Assembly (NCBI GenBank): GCA_010015805.1
Contig: ML978137.1
Span: 248,001 to 312,000 of the forward strand
Source of the DNA: Rhizodiscina lignyota
Lineage: Eukaryota
DNA length: 64,000 bases
Reading direction: 5' to 3'
In this document: positions 1 to 12,633 of the stretch, piece after piece
Layout: every line of letters begins with the position of its first letter
Numbering within the stretch: position 1 is the stretch's first letter
Notes under the pieces: generated by a model
The model's database searches: none
Told to the model about the DNA's origin: nothing
Seen by the model: the letters and a program-made list of their open reading frames with translations, nothing else
Position numbers and translations under genes: made by a program

Positions 1-9
1 CAACCTTCG

Positions 10-2599
10 ATGGACAGCTCCCCACCTCGCTACAGCCTGACATTCGCCCAAAGCTCCCCGAACCTCTTCACAGGCTATCGAACCACCAATACACGCAACG
101 ACAGCAGCTCGTCGGACGTTGCAAACAGCAGCAGTCCATTTCAGCCACCGCTGAGGAGAGGGATTAGTGATAGTACATCTGCAGCCCGCCACTCCGGTGC
201 GAACCAGTCGCGTCCGCAGACCGAGGGCAGCAGTGGCGCAGATATCGAAGGTGCGGGAACACGCGAGACATGGATGGACTTTTTGAGAGGCACTGGCTCG
301 GGAGATCACTCTGGGAATAACAGCTCTCTGCCAGTGCCGTTTGATGGTTTTGGTAGCGGCGTGAACTCGGATCGGTTTGACGTGGACCTCGCCGACTGGA
401 CTGGCACCGGTACCGGAAACCTCTCGTCGAACGTTTATAACCCCATTCCTCCAACTTCTTTACACGGCTTCAACGACTTTTCACCTTCTGCCGCTCCCGC
501 GTTTCTCGGACCTTCGGGACTGAACTCGTCGCTGCGTAGCAGAGCGGGACCACCTTCTTCTCCGCGGACAGCACGATTTGCATCTATTCCTTCTGAAGGC
601 AGCGCGGGTCCTTCTATCGCTACGAGACATCTCCAAGCCGATCGAGACCGGGATCGGAAAAGGCGGTTAACCGATACAACGCCGAGCGGCCGAGAGGGAG
701 GCGGAAACTTCAATACCAGCTTCGCATCAGCGTCTGGAAGTGCATTTGGACAAGGAACCAACATGTCTGGTTCCACAATTATTGATTTAACATCTTCCCC
801 CGACACGCCAAGGAGGAGCAGTGTCGGTAGGAGAGGGAGTGGAAGTGGTAACGTAGGTCCAAGGAGAACATCAAGCTCCGGAATAAGCGGCTCAGGGCCC
901 GGTATGAGGGTGGAAGTGCCTCCGCGAAATGGAAGTGGAAGGTCGAATCAGAATGAAGATGATGAGAGGAGACCGAGCGATATCGTGCTTCCTCGATGGC
1001 AGCCTGATTCCGAAGTGACAAAATGCTTTGTCTGCGGGAATACGTTTGGCTTCTTTTACAGGAAGCATCATTGCCGGTAGGTCTTTTATCCTTTGGCTTC
1101 TGTCCTGGAAGTATAAGAACTGTTACTGATGAGTATCTGGCAGGAAATGCGGTCGTGTCGTCTGTGCAAATTGCTCACCTCACCGTATCACCATGCCTCG
1201 ACAGTTCATTGTCCAACCTCCGCCGGTCATCGACCTTACAGATGACCTGGATGGCAGCCCGAATCGCACCAGCGTATACGCAAATCCAGCTCTCGGCGGT
1301 GGTGCTGAAGTCCGGGTCTGCAATCCTTGCGTTCCGGATCCCAACTTCAGTCCTCCGCCGCAAGATCAGCCACCAGCATATCAACCGTCTCCACTGCAGA
1401 ATTTCCTGCAACACGATCCATTCTGGGACGCAACTCCAGAGAGCCAGAATGGACACGGAGGACAGCAGCAAAGCGATCCATTTCCACCTACTGGAGGTTT
1501 ACAGCAGCCATTGCTTCCTGTGCCTCGGCCACCACCACAGCCTGGAGACATCTTCCGCGATAGGAGAATTTCTTTCAACAATCCGACCACCACTGCTGAT
1601 TTGTGGCCGCCGCCTGGATTTAACGCGCCTCAAGGTGCCACGTTTGGCCCGAATGCAGGTATTCCTACATCACGTCCTCCACAAGGCTTCATGAGTCCTC
1701 CAGTGTTCAACGATCATCTTGTTGCTCCGCGGACATCTTCACGCTCTCATCGCTCGCATCACAGCACTGGTACTGTTGGTGCGAGTGCCTCCGCAACCAG
1801 TCCCACGCAGCCATTGCAATCGGGCTATCGTTACCGCTCACTCCTCGCCCCGCTTCCGCCGGACCCTCCACTTTCTGCCCCTCCTCTTCCAGTGCCTCCA
1901 AGAGGTATGCGCCCACCACCACCTCCTCCGCAGCGTCAGCCTCGCCGCCAGATTGCAGAAGAGGACGAATGTCCTGTCTGTAGCATGGAGTTGCCCCCGA
2001 AGGGACCGAACGGCGAGACTGCAGACAGAGAGAGACATGTTGAAGATTGCATTGCGTCGCATTTCGTTGGTAGCAGCAGTAGCTCGCAGCCTCAACCGGC
2101 TAGCACAGCAACAACTGATGCTCGGCCTGCTGGATCGCGTCCAGGACTGCTCGGGGCGCCTGCGAGCGCACTCTCAGGCGCATCGTCCTCTTCTGCGCCA
2201 TCTGCAGTGTCGCCATTTGCGAACCAGCATGCCACAGGACGAGTACGCGCTGGATCTTCGGCTGCGGCTGCAACGGGCGGGGGAGATCATCAACCAAGAC
2301 GTCGCAGGGCAACGGGGAATAGGATGCTTGTGTACACAGCTACCGAAAAGGACTGTGTTGGTGAGGACGGAGAGGCTGCAGAATGCATAATCTGCTTTGA
2401 GGAGTTCGAGCCGGGCGTGGAGCTTGGGAGGTTGGAGTGTCTTTGCAAGTTCCATCGGGTGAGTTGTTATGCCCTATTCCTTATCTCGTTGAGATGTCAG
2501 ACAGAACTGCTAACGATTGTTCGCCTACAGACTTGTATTAGACAGTGGTGGGACACCAAAGGCGTGGGAAGCTGTCCGACGCACCAGCTTCATGAGTGA
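10..2599 (+). CDS. FYVE-domain / C-terminal RING-H2 E3 ubiquitin ligase (Pib1-like); exons 10-1076, 1144-2458, 2531-2599
   Basis: Splicing GTAGGT(1077)..CAG(1143) rebuilds the FYVE signature WQPD..CFVC..FFYRKHHCRKCGRVVCANC..VRVCNPC. Removing GTGAGT(2459)..TACAG(2530) gives RING-H2 CIICFEEF..RLECLCKFHRTCIRQWW..CPTH. The start ATG is close to the window edge. Confidence 0.9.
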
Positions 2600-5500
2600 A
2601 GGGGTGGGATGGGAGGAGACATCACACCGTATGGCGGGAATCTCGGTTTCGGCGTTTATGATTGATACCACTGCGTTTATCTCGGCGGAGCGTTCGTTAT
2701 GATGGTCGTCTTTTGCATATCGATGCCGGCGTTGCGAGAGGCGGTCGGCCGGCCACAGCGTTCTGGTTTAGCGACTTCTGGATATGAGGTATTTACGGCG
2801 GCGAGGTTGCAAGCACTTAATGCCATGAGTCGTGGGTTACTGTTTTCTCCATTCTCATTAGTAGAAAGAGCGGTGGAGAAAGAAATGTGATGGTTTTCAT
2901 ATGGTCTGAGACGGTGTTCCAAAGCCCAGTCGAGTATGGACGCCTCAAGGCTTCGTCCACACCAAGCTCGCTCTCCTTCTGTGTAGAATGGGAAAGGTGA
3001 ACAAGAGCCTGGGAGAGGAAAAGTAGGTCTGCTTCCATATCGCGTTGCTGTGTCAAGGGCTGCTCAAGCTCGCTCGCCCTCTCCTCCTTCGTTGAGTGGA
3101 ATAAAAAATAAAAAATATGAAAGAGCTTGGAAGAGAACAATATCCCTCCCTCCCTGTCTCGTTGCATTGTGAGGAACCAGTTAGTGTGTTGCGTATAATG
3201 CTTCAGTACTAGTTATCGCGTGGGGAAGGATGGGAGAGAAAAACAAAAGAGATTTCAAAGCATATACACCACAGGTGGTGTGGAATACTGGCGGCTAGCA
3301 GCGGCTGCTGTGCCGCTGTACCGCTGTGAGAATTATTGCCAATTTCCTTAGTAACTATATATTCAACTTTTAACTTTGCTAATGCAACAGTGGAGTTATC
3401 CCATCTTTGGTAAATACTAGTTAACTAACTTGATTCGGAAATATTTAGATGTGCTCTGGTTCGACTCTCGCAGCGACGGACTCGTTTCATGTCCTTTTCC
3501 TCTCATTTTCCACCGATTCACAAGCAGACGGTACTTGCGGGGAAAATGGGAGGGAATGCTTTAAACGCAAGGTTGCTTGAACTTGAACTATCACACCTAA
3601 TTAAAGTAAGAATCACCACTCATAAACCAACCCAATGACTGTCTCTTCCATATATGCCCCAAGTCGTAGCTGCTGTACTTCTAAATCGAAATATGGGTTC
3701 GCCCAGTCGCTAGTACATCCAGCATTAATCGAAATATTGGGATATATGGCTGATTCATAGGGCGAGTTTGATGAGGTTAAACCTCATTTTTTTTGTCTTT
3801 TTCTCCACCATGTCTTGTCTTTACCTTGAAGTGGCATGGAGTTGCGCAACCTTGCTGTCGCTCATACTATGTCTCACTCACCAAACACTTGATTATTTTT
3901 TTTGCGCCCGACAAGCCCCGCGTTCTTCAAAGGCAGCAGCCCACGCCCACACGCAATTTCTGTTCTGCGTCAAATCGCTAAACTTTTCATTTCAACAGCA
4001 CTTGGTGGTTGCTATCGCGCGCAGCGAATTCACTCCAACGACGCTTATTTGTCGCAAACAATTTCTTCATTTAATGCTGCCTCCTTAATCTATTCTGGCA
4101 GGAATTCTTTTGCACAGATTGTCTAAATTGTCCAATTTATGCGCCTTTGCATGGCTGTTTGCTGCCAGCTGCTCTTGAAGACGTTGACTTTGAGTGAAGC
4201 TAGCGTCCGCGCCGCGCGCCGCATGCCCCACAAGCCACAACTTCTGGAACATCTCAACAACGACAAATCTTGAGTGCTCTAGACTTTTCATAGATCTACT
4301 TACGGCTCTTATTAGCACTGCAGTACATTTTTCAATGCCCTTTACTCCCTTGTGGTTGTTTTTGAAGCGTCCGACCGAGCATTCTGGCCAAGACCTGCGG
4401 CGATGGGCTTCCGGAAACAGCTCAAAGCTTTCCTTATTCGGAACGCATCCTGACTCCCAAGGCTCCTGCATTTACGACCAAGTTTGGAGTAAAATCGAGA
4501 AATATATACGATGCTAACATTCATGAGGCAGTGCGCACTCGTCGATGATGTTAAGACGCGCTCCGTTCCTCAATCGAGAAGCGACAATGTGAGAACAGCT
4601 CCCAATACCTCGGAAGAGATGGACTGTGGGGCTACAGTTGCGCAACTGACAGATGAATTGATCGCGCGCGATCAAGTTTATGGACTTCGCAGTTCTATTA
4701 ATCGTATCTGGAGCTCTTTCCTCGACCTAAATGGGCCTTCTCTTCGGCCTTGGGTACGTTCGAGGTATACTTCACCACCAAAGTTACTTACGAGACGCAG
4801 TTACCAAGCCTCTTCCCTCGCTACAACCTTGCGCTATCAGCACCGTCTCCTTTGGTGCCTACGGCTACCTTATGCTACGTCCTCGGCGTTGTTCATGACA
4901 TTTACCGATTCCCGACCGATCATAAAGTTGAAAACTTCGCAGTTCACAGCGATTGATAATATCTTGCCTTCACCACCACTCTCCTTGAACTATATCAAAT
5001 CGGTATCTTCTCTGAAGATGCCACCGCATTCGCCGGATTGTTAACGACGCTCAAAATCCCGTTGGCATCACTGAGATCGAATGCGACATATTATACGTCC
5101 CCACAACGCACCTCAAGCCAGCGGCTGACATATCAGGGCCTTCCATCATTTGGGAGACGGACATGAGATGCTACATCGCGGATCAGGATGGCAATGTCAT
5201 AAAGCCTGCGATAGTCCAGAAACTCATCATGATGTCGAAACGGTTCATCAGCCCGAACAGTCCGACAATGTTGCAGCACAAACAACGCGACTCACCACCT
5301 TTCGCATTAGTCACCTGTTTCCTATCCAACAATGATCAAAGTGTGTCTGGTGAGTCACAATCCTTGGACACAAGGTCGGCGAGCTCGCTTCGACAGACGT
5401 GGTGCCACAACTTGCGGCAAGTGGTACGACTTATGACGATCTTGTCATCAACGTAAGGGCTACTATTCACGCTGCAGTCTATTTCTAGGCAATGTCATTC

Positions 5501-6131
5501 TTAGAATCTACCCATCTGATGTGAACAAAGAGTCAGTTGTAGCAACTGGAACCAACAGCTCCCCCAGTAGTATGCTAATTGAGCCGATTGCATTAGAGTT
5601 TAGCAGGTCATAGAAAGATTACAAGCCCCCGTATGTAAGAACGAACAATAGAAATACGAGAATATCGTCAGCAAGCAAGGAGTTAGCAGGATTCATGTTC
5701 ATGGAGGCGCTGAGGATGCGCAACCGCAACTTACAGTAAGGTAGTCTAGCAAGTCACGGGTGACATAGAGTAGAAGACGCACCCAGATAGACAGAATCTT
5801 ATATGATTAGATTAGAAGCCATCTAACTCAATGAATTTTATCACTAATAAATATTTAACTTACACATGGAACACTTCAGAGTTCTCCCGAAGGAGAATAT
5901 GCAATGTATTCGTTCAGTTGAGCGTTGCAAGTCATTGTACGAAATTATAAAATCCGTTACAGAGAGTCCAAGTCATCCTAACTGCAACTCTTCCTCCCGT
6001 CCTTTGTCTATTAAATTCATTTGGCTCTTTTAGATCGTCGGCATCCTGTGCTCCAAAGCGGCGCCAAGGCTGGCCGCACTTCAACTTCAAAGTGAACTCG
6101 AAATTTGATATTGCTGAACAACTCGCCCACC

Positions 6132-6778
6132 ATGTCTTCCATACGCCCAATGACGGCAATGGACCTTTTTTACTTCAATCCAACGAACTTGGATCATCTC
6201 ACGGAGACTTACAATGTCGGGTTCTATCTGGAATACCTCTCCAAGTGGCCCGACCTCTGCCGCGTGATCGAAGGGCACGACGGGAAGATTGAAGCTTACA
6301 GTAACTCGCCCTCACCTCACTTTACTCAACCTCATCTCAACTTTCTGTACTAACTTACTTTAAAGTCCTTGGCAAGCTCGAATCCTCCCCATACCCATGC
6401 CCAAATCCGCCGTACTCTCCCTCTACAACCGGCAAAACCGATCCCAACTATCTCCCATGGCACGGCCACGTCACTGCTCTCACCGTCGCTCCGGCTGCGC
6501 GGCGTCTAGGTCACGCGACAATGCTTACCGAGGCGCTCGAGAAAGCGTGTGATGATGCGAACGCGTGGTTCGTGGATCTCTTCGTGCGTGCGGAGAACAA
6601 GGTTGCGCAGGACCTCTACAAGAAGATGGGCTACTCGGTTTACAGACGCGTGGTGGGCTACTACAATGACGAGGCAGACGCATTTGATATGCGGAAGCCG
6701 CTGAATCGGGATAAAGAGAAGGGCACGGTGAGGGAGGATGGCGAGAATGTTGCGGTTGATCCGAATGAGGTTTGGTGA
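6132..6778 (+). CDS. NAT3: N-terminal acetyltransferase NatB catalytic subunit (GNAT); exons 6132-6300, 6366-6778
   Basis: MSSIRPM..NLDHLTETYNVGFYLEYLSKWP and, after splicing, ILGKLE..WHGHVTALTVAP..RRLG..FVDLFVR..YKKMGYSVYRRVVGYY..DAFDMRKPL are Nat3/NAA20 motifs. Confidence 0.95.
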
Positions 6779-7276
6779 GGATGGGAGAGAAGGTCGGTCA
6801 TTATCGGTTCGTTGAAAAAAATTAATGCATCCTCACACTTGGCAGGAAACTTTTTTGAAGATATTGGAGGCTTCATATCTCAACACTTGCTGCATCACCT
6901 TCACATCATCGTCGATCTTGACGAGACTCACCTATTGACCCAACTCCACGCAACCATGGCAGAATCGACCGCATCATATCTACGGATGAGTTGAAGAGAC
7001 AGATTAAGATGGCAAAGAGCATTAAAGTTGCCGTTGCACCTCTCGAGCAGCTCCAGGCAAGAAGCAGAAGGCCAGCAAAACTAATTTAGACCCCGGCTTC
7101 GGTTCACGAACAATCGCATTCGAGGCATGATAAAGCTGCATTCCACCAATAACCCGAATGCGTGGCCTCATGAGTTCAGGTCATCACTGGAATGTCTAAA
7201 TTCGTTAAGAAGGACGAGGCACTCGCACCAAGAGAAAAGACCATCGCATTAGAGGCAGGACTTCTTCAAGAAGATC

Positions 7277-7338
7277 ATTTCCTTTTGCCTTTTGGCTTAG
7301 ATCAAGTGTAGTACTTGTCCTTTTCAGTGGCATTCCTG
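7277..7338 (+). pseudogene. Short U2 snRNA 5' fragment (degenerate)
   Basis: TTGCCTTTTGGCTTAGATCAAGTGTAGTA (7285-7313) matches fungal U2 stem I plus the branch-point recognition sequence. It continues as CTTGTCCTTTTCAG..CTG (decayed stem IIa), then similarity stops. Confidence 0.8.
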
Positions 7339-8062
7339 CTCTCGTCGAACACCCTCATGGCCACCGCCGCACTCCACGTACGTCAACCTTCATTTCTGGT
7401 TACCGACTCGAGTATACAGAACTCACGGCCTCTGATGCACTAACTGGATGGTGCATGTCCGTTCTTAGTTGGTGGAGTGATTTGCCTGCTTATTTGCGAA
7501 AACGAACGAGACATTAATCTGCCACTTAACTCGGTGAGCCTTGGATCGTCGCAGACTTTACAGAGGGAATCCCAAGTCAAGCGATGGAAGTTGTGAGGCA
7601 ATGTACACAACCTGGAAGTGAAAAGACTTGGCAAGCGTTTGCGGTTACGCGACATCGACCGGAATTCAATTAGCCACCATACAACAGTTCTAGTCGTCTA
7701 TATTTCGGGCCTCCGGACGCTGGGATAGCACTTCATCTTCCGTTTACTGGCTTCTCTAGATCAAGCAGCATCGCGACCCGTCTGCCGATGATGCCGCCTT
7801 CTACGAGACATGGAATCTTTCAGCCAGTGCGCTTCATTGTAGCAGTGTGCTGGCTTGTGTCATCTCTTTCGGCTATCGCTACTCCTGCACATGAACGATG
7901 AAACCTCGCTTCTCGCTTATTGATGACCATGTTTCCATATCCCCGCTGGCGCTAGATCGGATACCGTTAAAACTGGCTCTGCCGAGATCCGCCTCATCAT
8001 TCTCTTCCGTCTGCGAGAGCATTCAGCCTGGGCTGCTCATGAGCGCTGTCTTTCCGCCGTCA

Positions 8063-8277
8063 TATTCGGCAGAAAGCAACACTCGTTGCGAGCTCTCGTT
8101 GCCTTTTGGCTTAGATCAAGTGTAGTATCTGTTCTTTTCAGGTCAATCTCTGAAACCAGACTACGGACTCTAATTCAAGATTAATCGTATTCTTGTACCC
8201 GGACAGGTCTCCTCTGTGCACGCGTACGTCTTCTCCCAGTGTCGCCGGTATTCGCAAGAAAGAAACACTCGTTGCGA
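8063..8277 (+). repeat. Direct repeat flanking the U2 copy (8063-8091 and 8249-8277), TSD-like
   Basis: tattcggcagaaagcaacactcgttgcga vs tattcgcaagaaagaaacactcgttgcga (26/29 identical; the 21-nt core has 1 mismatch). Confidence 0.85.
8091..8252 (+). ncRNA. U2: U2 snRNA-derived sequence, near full length but 3'-truncated (probable retropseudogene or variant U2)
   Basis: GCCTTTTGGCTTAGATCAAGTGTAGTATCTGTTCTTTTCAG is followed by an intact stem IIa (TTTCAG-GTCAATCT-CTGAAA), a IIc complement AGATTAATC, a degenerate Sm site (TATTCTTG) and stem III/IV-like sequence ending at CCGGTATT. Confidence 0.85.
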
Positions 8278-9777
8278 CAACAGCACAGCTAAGGCCTGGC
8301 ATGTCGCTGACTTACGTTTCCAGGACTCTGATCTCCGGCTTTTGGGCGAACAACCCGAGGAGGTCGGATCGACGTCGAACGCAGAGACAGGCACGCAGAA
8401 GTCATGGATTCAGTCTGTCCGACAGTCAATTCGCCTCCAATTGCTACTGGCCAACCACGCGTTGTTGAGTCAGTCCAACCAGTTTCTGGTGAAGCAACTC
8501 AGGGTTCTACGCCGCAGCCGCGCACTGCAGAGACTGTAGAGACAGTCCCAGCGGCGTAGGACGTATGCGAATACGTATGGGCATTGCCTCTTTTCTTGAT
8601 AGCGACAGCTTGTACAGCATCGGGAGGACATTGTTATTGAGCCTGGGATTGGGTCTGGTACCTCCGATCCAAAGTCTCAAATCTCCTTGTGCACGGTAAG
8701 CTCCACAGCGCCGGTACCTTTCGCTTCGGTGGACTTACTAACTGCTCAGTAGGGCGTTACGCTTAGCAGTGAAGATTCGTCTGAGCTCGCGTTTTGCTAG
8801 TTGAAAACTATTCATAGTTTGACTGCGAAACGTTGAGGAGCGATCTCGAGGCCGCTCATCCCACGCCCGAACAGGCTTGCGATATTGTACTGAAGTCGAC
8901 TCAATGATCCTCTACGACCTTATTAGTCCGCCTGAATGCGCGCACCGGCATGCTCTTCTTTCTGGGAATCACGCCATGATCCTCTCAGCGACTTCAGAAG
9001 AGCATTCGTATCAGACGCTACCTGCTGGTTCCGGCGAATACATACTTCACATGATCTCCTCTATGTTCTAGGGCCGGCGTATAGAAGCGATTGTCTAGTA
9101 CGGTGCGGACAGCCGTGAATGCGTGGATCGAACCATACCTCTCAAGTAGCTACGCCATACAATGATGGTGCTTAAGGAAGATGTTGAGATACTGTGGCGT
9201 TTCTTAAGCAACGAGGATCAGCGCCAGCGTAAGCTTTTTGCCGGCTTTCATCCAAATGCCAGGTGGAGTGAAGTTGGAACTCGAAGCTGGTGCCACAGTG
9301 CCACAGATCGATGTGAGTTGCTTATATCAAACAATGGATAGCTTGCTGATGGGCACACAGAGTCTAAATTAAAATTACATTCCAAGACCAACTGCCCAAC
9401 AGCTGCAGGATCTGTTTGCCTTGCACATATCGGAGATGGGGCAGCAGAAGCCGTGGCTGATATATGTTGACCTGAAAATGCAGCCCGACACCTGAATAAG
9501 CATGTCTCGCACAGCGGAGCCATGTAATTCTGATCCTTCTGTCTACGCCCAAACCAGATTTTGTCCTGCAGTCTCAGTCGCCCGAGACACAAGGTGCTAC
9601 GGTAGATGATAAAATACAGAATCTTCCTGACACTAGCGTTACATTGTTGCGGGTGCCTTGGGCTCGACAAGGCCTGAACCTCTTCCTCAATTTTCAGCGC
9701 CGCTACGATTTAAATACATTCCCAACTCATTTAAAGTGAGTGAAACCACATCGCAAGAAACCCGTTCAACGCACGAT

Positions 9778-10572
9778 ATGGAAAGCGACAGAGATTACCG
9801 GTTAATACCCCCTTTGAACAGATACCATAGATTCCCTGCTTGGTATCAGTCCTGGCTCGTCCAAGGGTTGAATCGATCGCCCGAAGTAAAGAGCGAAACT
9901 GTACTCTTTGTAGTATTGGGAGCATTTCACGGTTTCCACACTTCTTCTCCGCGAGACACTCCATCCTACCCGCAATCACTGGAACAGTTTCAGAGCCTGA
10001 ATGTCCACTGGTATGATAACTCTGTCAGTGGTGCTCTTCCGCCGAACTCTCCGCATCCTGTCGGAGAATTTTTAGACATTCGCCACGATGAGATCTTGAA
10101 GGACGTCCTCGTTGCGATCAACGCAGCCGGCCTCGTCACCATAAGCCACATAATTGGTCGGCCTCCAGCTGCACCAGGACGCCTCCGACGTCGAGCGAGC
10201 GTGGGAGGGTGGTGTACTCCCAAGGTACGAGATGCGCTGGTGAAGTATGGGCATTGGAGCAACGGAGCTGGCGCGATCGAGGCGACCGAGTTCTCCCCCG
10301 ACGAGTTCGGCTTTGAGCATGAAGACACTGGAAGCGTTCCTAGGGAGAAGTATCTCATCCCATATCAAGGACCTCTGCAATTGGAGCTCTCGGACCCGGA
10401 AAAGGCATGCTTCGTAGGTGTATTCGGGCCTCCGAATTGCAGCAATACATGGTTCTGGGTTGATGTCTGTAAGGCGCTTGGTGTTGACGCTGAGCTGGCA
10501 GTAATTGCGGAATCAAAGATGGAGAAGCAAGAGTACAATAGGGACAAAGATGACAAGAGGAACAGTCCTTAG
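9778..10572 (+). CDS. Intronless hypothetical protein (~264 aa)
   Basis: Long stop-free ORF with first ATG at 9778 and a globular-looking composition. No confident family assignment. Confidence 0.65.
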   Translation: MESDRDYRLIPPLNRYHRFPAWYQSWLVQGLNRSPEVKSETVLFVVLGAFHGFHTSSPRDTPSYPQSLEQFQSLNVHWYDNSVSGALPPNSPHPVGEFLDIRHDEILKDVLVAINAAGLVTISHIIGRPPAAPGRLRRRASVGGWCTPKVRDALVKYGHWSNGAGAIEATEFSPDEFGFEHEDTGSVPREKYLIPYQGPLQLELSDPEKACFVGVFGPPNCSNTWFWVDVCKALGVDAELAVIAESKMEKQEYNRDKDDKRNSP

Positions 10573-10726
10573 CATGTCTGCACTTGTGCGGACCCAGATC
10601 AAGTGGAGAATTTTTTTTTATTTCAGTGCTTTTTGATCTGCTTAGGTTGAGTGGAGATATCTAGTCGAACGCCTGGAGTCAATAACCTTCCTTTTGTCGC
10701 GAAACTAGGCGAGGAGGGCGTGGATT

Positions 10727-12000
10727 TTACTTCGCCATCTTCTTCTCCGACAATTTCCTCCACACCTCAATCGGTTGATGCATGTCATTCAGCCTCTTCT
10801 CCGAGTCTTCAACCCCCTTCTGCCACCTCTCATAAGCATCATCGTAGAAGCTTTGAACAGCATCGTCAATATTGTTTTGCTCGACGCCGACTTTCAGGCT
10901 TTCCGCCAACTGCACGCCATCCAGGAGTCCATGGTTTCCTCCTTCGCCAGCAAATATGGGCATGGCGTGTACTGCATCGCCAATGAAAACGACGTTCGAG
11001 TCGATACGTTTCTGAACTAGTTCGCGAGGTACGCGCAAGCTCCTCATGGGCCAGTGATATAGAGCATCGTTTCGGATTCGATCCTCGGAGAGAAGCCCTT
11101 TGAACGGCTCCGCCAGCGCAAGACGCACATCCGTCACAGCAGACACCATCTCCTCACTCGATGCTACGGATGTGCGCGTCGATTCCTTTTCAGAACTTCC
11201 GTGGAAGCCAGGACGGGAGTACATCCAACTGTAGTCCACGGTTTCTGGGGTGTGCTTGACAACCTGCAGACCAATGATGCATTGGTTTCCGACTGCCACG
11301 AGTGCGTTCGATCCCTCAACATAGCCACCCAGCTCATGATTGTACTCCGAAGTCGGGACTCTTCTTTGGCCCATGTATACGGTGGCAGGCAACAAGACTG
11401 GTTCAGCCTCTGGCTCAAGTTTTGATCGGACTACAGATAAGTAGAGTCAGCTTTACAAGTTTTTGTGCTCATCTCATAGAGTGTACCTGTGCTGCGAACT
11501 CCATCAGCGGCCACCAAAAGGCGTCCTTTCATCATTTGCCCGTTACTGAAGACGGCCGTCACCGAATCACCATCGAGTATGACGTCGGTGAGCTCACACT
11601 CGAAATGGACCCGATCGGGACTGAGACGTCGCACGAAGAACTCCCGCAATTCGGTTCGGTTTGCCCTGAAGAGTTTGCCCTCATTCGTCTGCAATGCCGG
11701 CAGTTTCTCTCCAGTATGTGCATCCCGTAGCATGATCTGCAGATAGCCATCACCTCCAACAGCTACGTCCGTCGCCACAGCAGCTCTAAAGTCTTGCTCA
11801 TCTACGCCGAGAGCGTTCAGGAGGGGTTCGAACGCCCACCACCGTAAAGTGATGCTGTAGCCCTGAGAGTGGGAGCGCGGCAGGGTGTCGAAGATGTGGA
11901 ATGGAATTCCACGATGCTCTAAGAGAGACGCAAGAGAAAGGCCAGATATTCCCGCCCCGATGATGAGGACGGGCAAAGGTTCATTGGTGACTGCAGACAT
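10727..12000 (-). CDS. FAD-dependent monooxygenase (group A, aromatic hydroxylase-like); exons 12000-11487, 11430-10727
   Basis: IIGAGISGL (GxGxxG), LVAADGVRSTVR (DG motif, completed by splicing) and IGDAVHAMPIFAGEGGNHGLLDG (GD motif). Confidence 0.92.
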
Positions 12001-12633
12001 CGGAAATATTTGGAAAGACTTTGGAATAAGGAGAAATGGAATCTGAATGTGAGTAAAGGATAGCGGACCGAGTCTACTTCACCTTTATAGCGGCCACCCA
12101 TTCCGCTCCGGAGGGCCCGCTGTCTGTGCATTGTGCACAATCTTCATGGACGCGCGTATTGCAGTGACTCAAGCTCAGAAATGAAACCATTTCTCGCTGT
12201 TTATGGTGACCATGACGAGCAACATCGAGATATTCAGGAGCAAAAGGTTCTGCGGATACAAGATAGATCCGTACCGATAGAGCGCCGGGGATTGCCCGGA
12301 TATCTTCCGAGCAGCCTCGTGAATAGGTACACGCCGTGACGCCGAAGGAGCGGTGAAGTTTGGTCCGATTCTTAGCTCCGTTGATATATGATTCGTGTCC
12401 TGATAAGGTTAAACGATGACAAATTTGTTGATGTGTTTGGGAATGCATCAGAGTTATTCTGCTCAAGCTTACCGGCCTGATTGACTAAGGCACGTCCCTA
12501 CTGAAGCTAACGGGAGAAAACAAAAGGTTCGACAGTAACATACAATATCATATTCATTTTATCTACGAGCATGTTGTGTTTACCAACTCATTCTATCAAC
12601 AGCGACTTTTCCTCGTAGGGGTTTCGCGCATAT

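Noticed and set aside
3450..3480. GGTTCGACTC resembling a tRNA T-loop / B-box
   Set aside because: The flanks do not form a T-stem, and no acceptor, D or anticodon arms could be built.
7285..8127. 29-nt exact repeat pair as CRISPR-like or LTR ends
   Set aside because: Only two copies in a eukaryotic context, and fully explained as U2 snRNA sequence.
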